Source: Eledone cirrhosa (taxonomy: Eukaryota). Taken from it: DNA of 64,000 bases. How positions within the stretch are numbered: position 1 is the first letter of the stretch; the number at the start of each line of letters is the position of its first letter. The position numbers and the translations under genes are program-made. Under the pieces are notes generated by a model. It saw nothing but the letters and a program-made list of their open reading frames with translations. It made no database searches and was not told the DNA's origin. This document shows positions 1 through 12,660 of the stretch, piece after piece. The DNA lies in the NCBI GenBank assembly GCA_964016885.1, contig OZ024751.1, positions 496,001-560,000 on the forward strand, given 5' to 3'.

Positions 1-80
1 CTCAAGGAAACAACACATCACCCGGTCTGCTGAGAATTGAACTCACAACCTTTCGATTGCAAGCCCAATGCTCTAACCAC

Positions 81-82
<2 letters not shown>
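1..82 (-). mobile_element. tRNA-derived SINE head fragment (same type as 7707-7919)
   Basis: Reverse complement reads TAGTGGTTAGAGC (A box)...GTTGTGAGTTCAATTCTC (B box)...TTTCCTTGAG; runs off the window edge. Confidence 0.7.
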
Positions 83-115
<33 letters not shown>

Positions 116-232
116 AAAAACACCAGTATTCCGATTATTTGATTAGAGGTAAACACTGAGTGATATATATATATATATACATATATAGTGCCGAAACATA
201 AGTCAATTGCATGAACTCATAATCCTTTATTT

Positions 233-288
233 ACTGCTATATATATTTCGATGATAGGCATTGAATGGTTATGACCTCATCAGGCAGT
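233..288 (-). ncRNA. Type-I hammerhead ribozyme (palindromic helix III)
   Basis: Minus strand: ACTGC-CTGATGA-ggtcataaccattcaatgcctatcatc-GAAA-TATATA-TA-GCAGT; helix I ACTGC/GCAGT. Confidence 0.8.
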
Positions 289-351
289 TAGTCAGTTCTT
301 AGATATGCCAGCTCTGTGTGTATAGTGTTGATCGTATCAGAGCCTTGGGAC

Positions 352-396
<45 letters not shown>

Positions 397-535
397 AACC
401 AGTAAGACCCCGACAGCTGAGCTCAAGCCATACCCACTCTACTACCTCAAGTATTGAGTACTTTGGTGCGTTATGGTCCACCTGGTTCCTTACCACATTT
501 CCTTCGTTATATATATATATATATATGTATACATA

Positions 536-615
<80 letters not shown>

Positions 616-616
616 C

Positions 617-651
<35 letters not shown>

Positions 652-1509
652 GTGAAAGATTGAAGAATAACATGGTCGGCTTTATAAAAAGGTTTTATTT
701 CTAGTATTAACAATTGTTTCATTGATCAGGTGAGTCTAAAGGCTGCTAATCACTCGAAGTTGCGTCACTCAACCTTAAATACAGTGTTTACCTCTGATCA
801 AATAATCGGAATACTGGTGTTTTTTCATATGGCATTGGTATTTATAGATACAACAGAGAACCAAAACAATAACATCAATAATAAAAGATAATAACAAAGA
901 AGTAAAGAAGTTAGAATGAAGATGATAAAGACGTAAAAAATAACTAAAAAAATAATAAGTACAGAATACGATTGCTGATAGTAGTGGTGGTGGTGGTGGT
1001 GATTAAAGTTACAGTGGTGAGTAAGTGTATGTGTAAAGACCTGGTGAGGGTAGAGATAATACAAGCATGAAACGAAACGTTAGATACATACATACGTAGT
1101 GGTCAAATCTCAGAGGGTTAGAGTAGACAATTAAAAAATAATAACAAAAGACAGATAAAATATAATAAATTAAAAATTAAGTGAGAGGGGAAGAGATACA
1201 GGACAGGAGACAGAGAGTGAGGGTGGCGATACGATGAGATGATACGTGTGGTTGATTTAATGACCAGTTGGTCAGTTGACAGCTAATAACAGTGGGGTGG
1301 TATGTAGTCAGTACATTAATATCCGGGTGGTTCTGCTTGAATTCTCAGATTGCTGGATCGAATCATGTTGGTTTGAAATTTGCGAACTTGGTAGCTGCAG
1401 ACTTTGCAATATGGAGCTGTTCCATATTTTAAAGTTTGATAAAATGGTGCTTAACTGCAAAATAGAACGATCAATGTTCTGTAGGCACAAAGCAGCTACT
1501 AAGTTTGCA

Positions 1510-1700
1510 AATTTACTTGAGAGGAGATTACGTTGGTGTGGTCATGTGATGCATATGAAGGATGACAGCTGTATAAAAAAGTGTAGGGCGATCAAAATTG
1601 ATGGAAGCTATGGATTAGGTAGACCCAGAAAAACCTGGTGATGAAAACTAACCTTGTACACTTGCACCTCTCTAAGACAATGTCACTGGATTGAGACAAA
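1510..1700 (+). mobile_element. RTE-clade LINE 3' fragment
   Basis: Translation RRLRWCGHVMHM...GRPRKTW is typical of the RTE C-terminus. Confidence 0.75.
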
Positions 1701-1779
1701 TATGGCTGACCACAACACACCCACACACACACCAAACTACAGCAACCACACTAAACATTGTAAGGCCCTGTACTCTATA

Positions 1780-2560
1780 CACATTACTACCAATGTACCA
1801 GGAACATTCTTCAGGGCCCTTGAATAATCCTTTCCACCCACACACAAATACCACAAGCTCTTTAACAGACACACAGTAACATTCTCATTCTCTACAACAC
1901 CCAATCTAGCCAACACTATAGCATACACTAATAGGATCAAAATACGCAAACACAAGCAAGCACCCCAAGCAACCACTAGTACAGCCCAAAATAACACCAC
2001 ACAGATAATACATGACAATGCCCGACAACATGTTAACTCCAACCAAAATGTGACCAACCAGCAACATAACAATAATGCAATAGCCCCCAATGCAGCTGCA
2101 AAAAGCCAGAGAAATGCCCACAGAGTGGGGAGTGCATCATCAGGAACATTGTGCACCAGTGCGATGCCACGTCCGGCTGAAATGAATACACCTATATAAG
2201 TGCAACCTCGACAACCTTTAAGGAGCAACTTTACAACCACAGAAGCTCCTTCAACCACAGACTTAAATGCTCCCAAACCAGACTGGCAGATTTGATCTGG
2301 GATTACATGGATAAGAACCTGAAATACCAGATCAAATGGTCCGTTAGAAGACGCGTGGCCCAACTTTCCACCAGGAGAAACCACTGCAGGTTGTGCCTGG
2401 CCGAATTGGCCGATATCATTAGATTAAAATCTGCCATAAGTTTCAAATCAGATATCCTAATAAACTGCAGACACACCAGGAAGAATACATTCTCCTCCCT
2501 GATATTCGAGCAGGGACCACAGACAAAACATAACAACATAAACACAACATCGGAATAACT
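1780..2560 (+). pseudogene. Degraded Penelope-like (Naiad-type) GIY-YIG endonuclease region
   Basis: Frameshifted translation: FPPTHKYHKLFNRHT..., CSCKKPEKCPQSGECIIRNIV...YTYISATSTTFKEQLYNHRSSF, CRLCLAE...INCRH; collinear with the intact ORF at 39503-41010. Confidence 0.8.
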
Positions 2561-3385
2561 ACCATTATTTTTTGATATCTCATTTCATTACCCCTGTTAA
2601 CCTTATTAAGTTTATTTTTACTCCTGTAAATGTTAGGTTGCATCCTTCATCATATCCCCCACTACCATACATATCACCATGCATCCACCACACTCAACTA
2701 CACAAACACATACAGCATTCTCTTGAGGCACACACAAACCATACATAACACCATACATCCACCACTCTCAACTACACAAACACATACAGCATACCCTTGA
2801 GGCACACGCAAACCACCAGCACCATACACTTCACCACAATGAGGTGATGAATTCACATCATTTTTTATCACTAATTTCACCACCATTATTTAACACCACT
2901 TGTATTCCCCAGCACATTTTCACCCTTCCCATTTTTTTCTACTACCATTTAACCCCACGTGACATCATCTACATGCAATACTAACGCACGTACATCTCTA
3001 CCTGTTTGGTGTGTGTATACATGTGTGTATATATATGTATGTATATGGGTACGTGAGTGTGTATGTATATATGTGCATATGTGTTTTTCTGCACCCCAGC
3101 GCAACCATATAGTAGTATGGACCCCTCCCCAGACTTTGAGCATGCATATCTCGTTAGCGTGTACACATGCGGAGACGCAAACATATGTACGATACTGGCA
3201 TGGGAAGCTGTGTATAATTCGTATGATATGTACGTGAGCCTGTGGTGCCAGTGCGGGGGAGCAGGATGACCAGTATGGAAACTCCATATCCCCAGCCACG
3301 AGCAGACGCATCTAGGAATGTATGCCCATCTGGCTCCATGTACCTTCCGCATGTGCCTCTGTGGGGTGATGCATGACTCTATATA

Positions 3386-4682
3386 CAGGGTGCGGACAAT
3401 ATTTGTTCGCAAGATTACTGTCTAGGAAAAAATAACACAGTAGTTTTATTTTTAAAGATTTATTTATCAAACTTGGGTCAGTTTGTCTTTATGACTTGTT
3501 CTTTCCATCTCACTCGATAAACCTGCCATTGGCTTTGATGACGGCCTCAAGGTGGCCTCGGAACCGGCTACAGGCCTTCGTCACTGTCCCCTGGCTTAGG
3601 CCATTAAAAGCACTTGTGATCCTGGCCTTCAGATCATCTTTCGTATTGCAGCTAGATCTGTTGGTGTCTTGTTCCACTGTGCCCCACACAAAGAAGTTGA
3701 GGGGGTTGCAGTCAGGCGACCTGGGAGGTCAGATGTCAGGTGAAGTGTGGTCGACGAAGTTATCTGACAGCCAGGCTTGGGTCTTTCTGCTGGTATGGTA
3801 GGGCGCTGAGTCTTGCTGCCACACGTACGGCCTGCCTGCAGCTACCCGGTCGATCCAGGGCTTTACTACCTCGCTCAGAACGGTGTTCAGCTTGAGGCCC
3901 TCGGGGAAGAAGTGAGGTGGCATGACGCCACCTTCACTGCTGACGACACCTAAGACCAATGTTATCGCTGGAAACTTTGTCTGCATGACTCTGGGCACGT
4001 CTTTGGATTGGATGAGACAGCGTGCCACCTGTTGTTATGGGAGTTGATCTTCTGGTCTTGGCAGAAGTTTTTCTCGTTGGAGAAAAACCACAGCATGTCT
4101 GGCTCCAGTGGGTGTTTCAACTTGTTGATCAGCTTCTTTGCGTGCTTCAGTTGCTTATCTTGCATCGCCTTTGACAGAAATTGTCCTCTCCTCCCCTTGT
4201 ATGATACGTAGCGAATGTCTTCATGTACCACCAGCCTAATGAGCTTTTCATCCACGCCTTTCTCCCTTGCAATGGCACGCATCGACTTGCTAGGTTCATT
4301 GTTGATGATATCCTGAACTTCAGCGACGAACTCGGGCGTTCTGAAGGCGTCAGATTGTCGATCATGTGTTTTCCTCTCTGATGTTGCTTTGTAGTCGAAT
4401 CCTGAATCTTCCAATTCCTTTCTGACCTTTTCCACCATTCTCCTGCTGACGCCGAGAAAGTCTGAAATTTCCTTATTTGTCCTCCCGGCGCGGATTCCAA
4501 GAAGAACTCTGTGTCTCTTTCACAAATTTGGAGGTTCAAAATTATTCATAATCAATTATTCTGAAAATAAATAATAGAAATATAGTCACTGTTTTTATGA
4601 AGACAAGAGTGACAACGGAAGTAAAAAAAATTTGCATAAAATTAGCAGTTGAAAATTGCGAACAAATATCGTCCACACCCTG
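3386..4682 (-). mobile_element. Tc1/mariner DD37D (maT-type) DNA transposon, full length, inactivated
   Basis: 27-bp TIRs CAGGGTG(C/T)GGAC(A/G)ATATTTGTTCGCAA flanked by TA. Transposase pieces WFFSNEKNF and WQQDSAPYH-x-SPDCNPLN with 37 residues between the 2nd and 3rd catalytic positions; 1st and 3rd D mutated to N; stop and frameshifts. Confidence 0.9.
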
Positions 4683-5884
4683 TAGATTTACATTGATGAA
4701 TGTGTGGATGTGCATCCATGTGCATATGTCCCTGGGATCTGTGTATAAACAAGTATATTTATTTTCCTTTTTATATTCTTTCACACAATATGCACTGCAC
4801 AGGTATCTTACCTCTACCCAGTGTTTTAGCAACCTCTCCAAGCAATTTTTTTTTTTATAAAAATTTCTTTATAGTTTTTTCAAACACTAACCTCATACTA
4901 TTTTCATCACTTCATTAATTCTTTATAGCGCAAATCACCTTTAACAATGTCTAAACCGCTTACAAATAAGCCCCACCCTAACCTACCTCACTTATGTCCG
5001 CTCACTTTTCCATGACAAATTGATGACCAGCAGAAACACCCTTACTCCTAGTACAACACTGCACTCTACCAAACATCCACTCTACACACAGCACCTCTGC
5101 CTCACCACATATATGCCGAAATGTCTATGATAAGCCATAACACCACACCCCTGCAACTCACACCACCATCGCTCCTCATCACCACCTCGCACCCCCACCC
5201 CCCATCACACATGCCAAAGCATTCTTAATAGCTAAACCACCAATTGAAACAACATAATGCTTTATATGTTCATTCTGTCATTACAACAGCAGAGGTCCGA
5301 TAAGCTTTTGATTCCAGAGTTGGGCCAGATCAATACAGATCAAACCTTGAGTTGATCAATAGTGAAACGCACGTCACCAATCAATAAAATGTAATGAAGG
5401 CTTAACAAATCATCCTTATATGGTCATATTACACTCTGTTTAACTCTACTCCTCGCCACTGATGTGAACCTACATTAACTTCACGTTACACTCTTTGGAT
5501 ATATATAAGAGAGAGAGAGAGATCTGGTACCCAGCCAGTCTAGGACAGCTCAGAGATTAATTACTGATCTTGGTCTGTAATAAGCCATCCAACCCATGCT
5601 AGTATGGAAAAACAATTATTAAATGGTGATGATGCTATATTCTGTATGTTTTCCATAAAAACCAGCATGTGATTTATCTACTGGGTGATGTAGAAACCTT
5701 CAAATGAAAACATGTTACATTATAAGTGTTGTATACAAAATTGAGGTATGAGACAGATGAATATATAGTCATCATCATTATACATCTGTTTTCCATATTG
5801 GCATGGGTTGGACAGATTATGATGGGAGAGGAAACAATTGATTCTATCAATTCCAGCACTTGAAATTGGTAAGTGAAAGTTAAA

Positions 5885-6845
5885 GCAGTTACAACATGTA
5901 GTAGTTTTACAGTGACAACATGTAGTAGTTTTACAGTTACAACATGTAGTAGTTTTACAGTTACAACATATAGTAGTTTTACAGTGACAACATGTAGTAG
6001 TTTTACAGTTACAACATGTAGTAGTTTTACAGTGACATGTAGTAGTTTTACAGTTACAACATGTAGTAGTTTTACAGTGACAACATGTAGTCGTTTTACA
6101 GTTACAAAATGTAGTAGTTTTACAGTGACAACATATAGTAGTTTTACAGTGACAACGTGTAGTAGTTTTACAGTGACAACATGTAGTCGTTTTACAGTGA
6201 CAACATGTAGTAGTTTTACAGTGACAACATGTAGTAGTTTTACAGTTACAACATGTAGTAGTTTTACAGTGACAACATGTAGTCGTTTTACAGTTACAAC
6301 ATGTAGTAGTTTTACAGTGACAACATGTAGTAGTTTTACAGTGACAACATGTAGTAGTTTTACAGTGACAACATGTAGTAGTTTTACAGTGACAACATGT
6401 AGTAGTTTTACAGTGACAACATGTAGTAGTTTTACAGTGACAACATAGAGTAGTTTTACAGTGACAACATGTAGTAGTTTTACAGTTACAACATAGAGTA
6501 GTTTTACAGTGACAACATGTAGTAGTTTTACAGTGACATGTAGTAGTTTTACAGTGACAACATGTAGTAGTTTTACAGTGACAACATGTAGTAGTTTTAC
6601 AGTGACAACATGTAGTAGTTTTACAGTGACAACATGTAGTAGTTTTACAGTGAGAACATGTAGTAGTTTTACAGTGACAACATGTAGTAGTTTTACAGTG
6701 ACAACATGTAGTAGTTTTACAGTGACAACATGTAGTAGTTTTACAGTGAGAACATGTAGTAGTTTTACAGTGACAACATAGAGTAGTTTTACAGTGACAA
6801 CATGTAGTAGTTTTACAGTGAGAACATGTAGTTTTACAGTGACAT
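5885..6845. repeat. 24-bp minisatellite (ACAACATGTAGTAGTTTTACAGTG)n, roughly 40 units
   Basis: Directly visible tandem repeat; explains the TTCSSFTV ORFs. Confidence 0.97.
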
Positions 6846-6972
6846 TATTTTATCACTCCCAGGCAAAATTGACCACAGTATGATTTGAACTCAGAATGTA
6901 CACAACTGGAATGAATACTGCACAGTATTTTACATGATGCTCAACCAACTCAGTCAGTTGAACACCTGGAGA

Positions 6973-7232
6973 TAGGGTTAGATTTAGACCTTGGGGGGCC
7001 CTTCATACACAAAAAATTAGAATACACAGCCCCCCCCCCATTTTACATATCAAAGTTACCTTGGTGCAAATAATTGGAATTGAAAAGTTATACATACAGG
7101 TATTAAATTCAAAAATGTTAACCATCCTAAAACCAGCTGAGAACACAAAGAAATTGCTAGGGCTATCGCAGGTGCCCCCCCCCCCCATTGCAGGGGGCCC
7201 AGGGCAATTGCCCTCCATTAAATCTGGCCCTG
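6973..7232. mobile_element. Non-autonomous hAT-like MITE
   Basis: Imperfect TIRs TAGGGTTAGATTTA / TAAATCTGGCCCTG; 8-bp TSD CCTGGAG(A/T) at 6965-6972 and 7233-7240. Confidence 0.65.
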
Positions 7233-7706
7233 CCTGGAGTATTATTTTATCAACCCTAGACTGGATGAAAAGCAAAGTTGAGAGGATTATAATTGATTTT
7301 AATTTATTTATTATTTCTTCTTATTGATTTACCTTGCTGGAAAGGGCTATGCTCATGAATTTTTAAGGGCATTCCAAGACATTTGAGATCAACATAGTTA
7401 GTGACTGCAGGAAAAACATGGACAAGAAGGAAATTCCAAAGGACTGGTGTCAGTTTTTCCTCTGATTGATACTTTATTTATTGTCTGTCTGAACAGTGTC
7501 AGATTAACCTACCAGAATTTTCTGGGGCTACATGCTGATTGATTTATAGTATAGTATTATACTACCTTTAATCTTTAAGTCACATTGAAAAAAAAAGCCC
7601 CCAAAAAACAATTAGGGTTCCTTTATAGTATACGGTACAGGCTCTACACTATCCTAATCCAAGTACTACCCCTGAAAGTAAGAAAAACACAGTTGGCTTT
7701 GTGGAT

Positions 7707-7919
7707 GAAGGCATGTGGCTGAGTGGTTAGAGAATTGGATTCGCAATCGTGAGGTTGTGAGTTCGATTCCCAGACCGGGCAATGCATTATGTCCTTGAGC
7801 AAGACACTTTATTTCACGTTGCTTCTTCTACCTGGAGTTGCGACCAATAGATTGTATTAGCAATTGGAAAGACCAATGGAAACATTGTTTACTCGGTCCG
7901 ATTTGACAAAAGTCGATCG
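7707..7919 (+). mobile_element. tRNA-derived SINE with CORE-like segment
   Basis: A box TGGCTGAGTGG, B box GAGTTCGATTCC, then TGTCCTTGAGCAAGACACTT; collinear second copy at 36705-36921. Confidence 0.8.
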
Positions 7920-8258
7920 TTCCTTTGTGGGTATTTGCTGCATTCTAGATATAGACAACCACAGAGTTTTTACTGTCTTACATTCTGTTGTGAGTGGAGA
8001 TATTTTAAAACATTATGTGTATTGTTGAAGCAGTTTATATTTTTAAAGCTGAAAGCTCTTTCTTATTGGTACTCATTGAACTGATATCTGATCTGATCTG
8101 CCCAAAACCACCCCTGGTTCAATGATACAAAATTGTTTGTTTTAAAATATCTAACATATATCTAAAAACCTTCTGTCATAATTTTATGTTAAGTTTTTCC
8201 AAATACCAACTTAAAAATGAGAACTTTATATTTATTTTTATTAAACATCTCCAAATTA

Positions 8259-10254
8259 CACTGTGTAACATATTTTTTGTTCCCCGGTTCTAAGTGTCAT
8301 TTCATGGTTTGTTATATCCCATTATTATAAAAAAAACACTATTATTTAATCAGAAGTTTGGGTTTGTGGTCAGGAGTTTCATATTTCGAAATTTTCATAT
8401 TTTTCAAGAAAAAACACATTTAAAAAAAAATTTATCAGTTCATATAATTAAATCAACAGAATATATATTTATTTTATTACACAAGCTTATCAAAAGCAAA
8501 CAAGTAAAAACAAATAACACTTATAAAGCAACTTATACATGTCAGAAATGACTGGATTTCCTGGATTTGCGGTTGTAGTCCAGGTCGCATTCCTGCACTA
8601 GCCCCCAGATATAGTCCCCCATCATTTTTTCATTGTAGTGGCCCTCATACCTCCGCTCTATCTCTTTCACATCTTGGTGGAATCGTTTGCCTTGTTCTTC
8701 TGAGTAGGCGCCCATATTGTCCTTGAATTTTTCCAGGTGAGCGTCTAGCATATGGAGTTTAAGCGACATCCTGCATCCCATGGCGCCAAAAGCCTTTATC
8801 AGATCCTGCACCAGTTGCTGGTAGTTTTCAGCTCTGTAGTTGCCCAGGAAGCCCTTAACAACTGCCTTGAAACAGTTCCATGCTGTTCTCTCGATCCTAT
8901 TGAGCTTATTGGAGAACTCGGTAGACTCAAACACCTTCTTTATCTGAGGTCCAACAAAAATTCCACCTTTGATTTTAACCTCAGATAACTTGGGGAAGAA
9001 CTCAAGAGGGTACTTAAAAGCGGCTGATTCTTGGTTGAGAGCCTTCACAAACTGCTTCATCAACCCCAACTTAATGTGCAGTGGCGGCATGAGCACAATC
9101 CTGGGATCAACCAGTGGCTCCCACATGACGTTCCGGGTCCCAACTACAAATTCTGTTCGCTGCTCCCAGTTCTTTCTTTTGTAGTGGTCAGAGGTGGCTC
9201 TGCTGTCCCAAAGGCAAAGGAAGCATTGGAATTTGATAAAGCCTCCTTGGAGTCCAAGCAGGAAAGCCACCATCTTGAAGTCTCCAATGATTTCCCAATT
9301 GTACTGGTTGTATTGCAGAGCCTCCAAGAGAACTTTCACACTGTAGTAATCTTCCTTCAGGCAGACTGAATGAGCTAGGGGTAGTGTCGGGAACTTGTTT
9401 CCACTGTGGAGGAGGACAGCCTTCAAACTTGTGGTGGAGCTGTCTATAAATAGCCGCCACTCCTTGGGCACAAACGGCACCCCAATAACATCAAACAGTC
9501 CAGGCATGTCATGGCAGAAGCAGAGGCCATCCCTAAGAGTGTAAAGGCCTGAGAAAGGTTTGTGTCGACTTCTCTGACTTGTCACCTGCACTTCCTCCTA
9601 GACCAAGTTCCACTGCTTCATCCTGGAGACGAATAGCTCTGCATTGGACTTGGTCAGACCCATATCCCTAACCAAGTCATTGACTTCTTTTTGGTTTGGG
9701 AAGTGAGGAACTTTTTCTGGTACCTCAGGCAGGTAATCCAAGTTCTCAGCATCCATCTCCTCCTCTTCATCAGAATACTTGTCTTGGAAAATAGATTTGA
9801 TATGCAATACAAAATAAATATTGGAAAGGGAAATACATATTTAAATAATATAAAAGAACACTAATCATACTAATGAAAATTCGTGCTTAAAACACAACTT
9901 ACCCTTTATTCAGGGTGTGAAAATCCAGTATCAATAAATCTCTTTAATCCACTTTTTAACAATTTTATACTTTATTGCACTTTTATAATTTTCTTTAGGT
10001 ATTACTGTTTATTTTATAATTTTAATTTAACCTGAAACATATATAAAAAAATCATTTAACATAAGCAAATTAAACTTACATACAACGTAAAATCCAGCAT
10101 ACAAATAATTCTAGTGAATAGCTTAAAATTTTTACAAACCCAAACTTTTAACTGTTCAATAGCACTTTTTTTTTATTTATTTGGGACCTAAGCAACACAA
10201 AAAAGTGATTACAAGCCAGGAACAGAGAAAAAAAAAATTTTTTGTTACACAGTG
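8259..10254 (-). mobile_element. Chapaev3-type (CMC) DNA transposon with disrupted transposase
   Basis: TIRs CACTGTGTAACA/TGTTACACAGTG and TTA TSD (8256-58, 10255-57). ORF 8542-9591 with WRLFIDSS, CFLCLWDSR, PPLHIKLGLMKQFVK, SLKLHMLDAH, SEEQG.RFHQD. Confidence 0.85.
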
Positions 10255-10899
10255 TTATTTGAAAGTAACAGGCAGTGTATTTCATTAGAAATATGGTAAC
10301 AAAAGGGATAATCTTTTAGAAGCTTTCTGCTAGTCTTTAACTTGATACTTTTTCTCTAATTTACTGCAAAAAAGATGCAAACATCTTGCCATTATCACAG
10401 CTTCCAACAAGTCTGTGAAGACCATTTTAGTTGTATGATCTGCTTGATGAAACAGCTAAATATGTAATAAAAAATAATTAGAACTTCCATACCATTAAAA
10501 TAAAGACTATGTGTTTTAAACTAAATCTGATACCAGATACCCTTTAGTTACCAACTCGTCCAGCTCTGATTGGATGAAATATAATCACCCATTTAAAAAG
10601 TTTCCAATTTAAATCTAAAATCTTCCAATATACTTTTATATAAGAACCTTTCATTAAGTTACTATCTTAGTAATGAAATAATTGGTAATTTTAGTAAACC
10701 CCTCAAAATTCTTCATTAACTAATTGAAATATGGTCATGAAAGGGTTAAAGACAGATTTGCCATAATTGACTATTCAATAACAATAATAATATCAAACAT
10801 ATTTGTATATTTATATATATATCTGTCTGTAACTCTTTAAAATTTACACACAGTTGTAGAAAATGTGTCAAAGAAAGGGTTGGGAGGACCCCTCAGTCA

Positions 10900-11170
10900 T
10901 GTCAAGGGCATGATAACCTCCCTAGTGTTTATACAATAAATGCACCCAGTACACATTGTAAAGTGGTTGGTGATAGGAAGGGCTACTGGCCATAGAAATG
11001 TTGCCAAACAAAGGGTTGGGTCAAATACATGACAGCCTCTCCTGAGCACGGAACATGGGACGGTACATAAGTGAGACAGATCCTTGGCTTCAGTACGGTC
11101 TTCTCATTATAGACCTGTCCAACCCTTGCAGGGAAAGCGGATGTTAAAACAACAATGATGATGATGATGA
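10900..11170 (+). mobile_element. SINE/LINE 3' part with RTE-like tail ending in (GAT)n
   Basis: GTTGGTGATAGGAAGGGC...CCAACCCTTGC...GATGTTAAAACAACAATGATGATG; related pieces at 5585-5635, 15705-15770 (-) and 29322-29560 (-). Confidence 0.55.
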
Positions 11171-11319
11171 CACATATACACAATACATTTCCTATATCAG
11201 TTATCTTACTACAATAAGAAGTTCATTTTCCAAAACAACTTTCCAACATTAAATTGTAGATGATGATGATGAAAGAGAATAGAACTGTAATAATTTCATT
11301 TGAAATCAGAATTCTTTAA

Positions 11320-11514
11320 CCCTTTAGCATTTAACCCGGCCATATCTGACCAGAATTCTCTTACCTCTTTCTGTTCAAACCAGCCATAACTAGCCACTCA
11401 TACTGATGTTAAGGTATTGTTCTCAAAATCTCATAGATTCAATACTATGTGAGATAATTATGAGAGATTCAGCTCATTTCTGTGAAAATATAGAGTAATG
11501 TAAATGCTAAAGGA
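11320..11514. mobile_element. TTAA-flanked (piggyBac-like) MITE
   Basis: TTAA|CCCTTTAGCATTTA ... TAAATGCTAAAGGA|TTAA. Confidence 0.7.
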
Positions 11515-11646
11515 TTAAAGTTTGAATAAAGGCAGATAATATACAGTCATTAAAGCATTGGTCAAAATTCTTTTTGGTATTTTCTCAGGCTTTCTGCACT
11601 CTGAATTGAAATTCTATTGAGGGTCAACTTTGCCTTTTATCCTTAA

Positions 11647-12101
11647 CCCTTCCATGACCACATTTCTAATGAAACACTCTATTTTAACTAATTAATGAAG
11701 AATTTCAAGGGCTTTACTAAAACTATTAATTATTTCATTACTAAGATAGTAACTTAATCCATTAGTTACCAACCTAGCTAAAACCGGCTCTGATTTTATG
11801 AAACAAAACTATCCGTTTTAAAAGGTTTCCAATTTAAATTAAAATCTTCCAACATAATTTTATATAAGAACCTTACATTAAGTTACTATTTTAGTTATGA
11901 AATAATTAATAATTTTAGTAAATCACTTAAAATTCTTCATTGATTAATTGAAATGGAGGGTATTTCATTAGAAATATGGTAATGAAATGGTTAATATAAA
12001 ATTATGTTGGAATGTTTTTAATTTAAATTTGAAACCTTTAAAATGGATGGTTATATTTCATAGAACCAGCACCAATTTTGGCTGGGTTGGTAATTAAAGG
12101 G
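11647..12101. mobile_element. TTAA-flanked (piggyBac-like) MITE inserted into a Meta-type SINE core
   Basis: TTAA|CCCT...AGGG|TTAA; removing it restores AACTTTGCCTTTTATCC-TTAA-GGGTCGATGAAATAAAGTACCAG; related copy at ~10540-10749. Confidence 0.7.
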
Positions 12102-12239
12102 TTAAGGGTCGATGAAATAAAGTACCAGTCCAGGCTAGTGGTTTGGCAATATTATTCAAGAGCCACAGTATTTGTTCTGGCTCTTTGCATTCTAGGTTCC
12201 AATCCTGGTGCAATCTATTTGGGTAGTAGATTTAATTGT

Positions 12240-12417
12240 CTCTACTTTAGGCACAAGGCCAGCAATTACCCAGTGCATTACTGGTATTTTATTTTATCGA
12301 CCCCGTAAGGATGAAAGGCAAAGTCAACCTCGGCGGGATTTGAACTCACATCGTAAAGGGACGTAACTATGCTGGAAAGCATGGTGTCCGACCCTCTACT
12401 GATACTGCCAATCCACA
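12240..12417 (-). mobile_element. tRNA-derived SINE with Meta/MESC-like core
   Basis: GGATTGGCAG...GAGTTCAAATCCCGCC...ACTTTGCCTTTCATCCTTACGGGGTCGATAAAATAAA...GTACCAG; other copies at 14656-14830(+), 20795-20970(-), 21045-21142(+), 24617-24787(-), 24806-24982(-), 26061-26230(-), 61937-62121(+). Confidence 0.85.
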
Positions 12418-12660
12418 GTAGATTTAATGTCACCAAGTTTAACACCACCACATTGCCCTTGGGTAGTAGACTTAATGTCACCCAGTTTAACACCACCACC
12501 TGGTCCTTGGGTTGTAGACTTAATATGTCACCCAGTCTAACACCATCAAGTCCTTGTATGGTAGACTTGGTGCTAGACTTAATCTGTCACCCAGTCTAAC
12601 ACCACCATATTGCCCTTGGGTGCTAGACTTAATATATCACCCAGTTTAACACCACCACAA
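12417..12660. repeat. ~45-bp tandem repeat, about 5 units
   Basis: GTAGACTTAATGTCACCCAGTTTAACACCACCAC...CCTTGG repeated. Confidence 0.85.

Noticed and set aside
299-722. ORFs made of YI/IY, CV/HT or SL repeats (also 15279-15571, 25187-25580, 26353-26722, 44538-45520, 62715-63110 and others)
   Set aside because: Translations of (TA)n, (CA)n and (GA)n microsatellites; no coding signal
5320-5380. Hammerhead at the 3' end of the old Penelope remnant
   Set aside because: GAAA-CGCACG-TC-ACCAA and a helix II are visible but the core reads CAGATCA; treated as decayed
5885-6845. CRISPR-like array
   Set aside because: Units are contiguous with no unique spacers; eukaryotic context; no cas genes
7707-7790. 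Functional tRNA gene
   Set aside because: A and B boxes are present, but there is no proper acceptor stem or terminator and the sequence runs into a SINE body found in multiple copies
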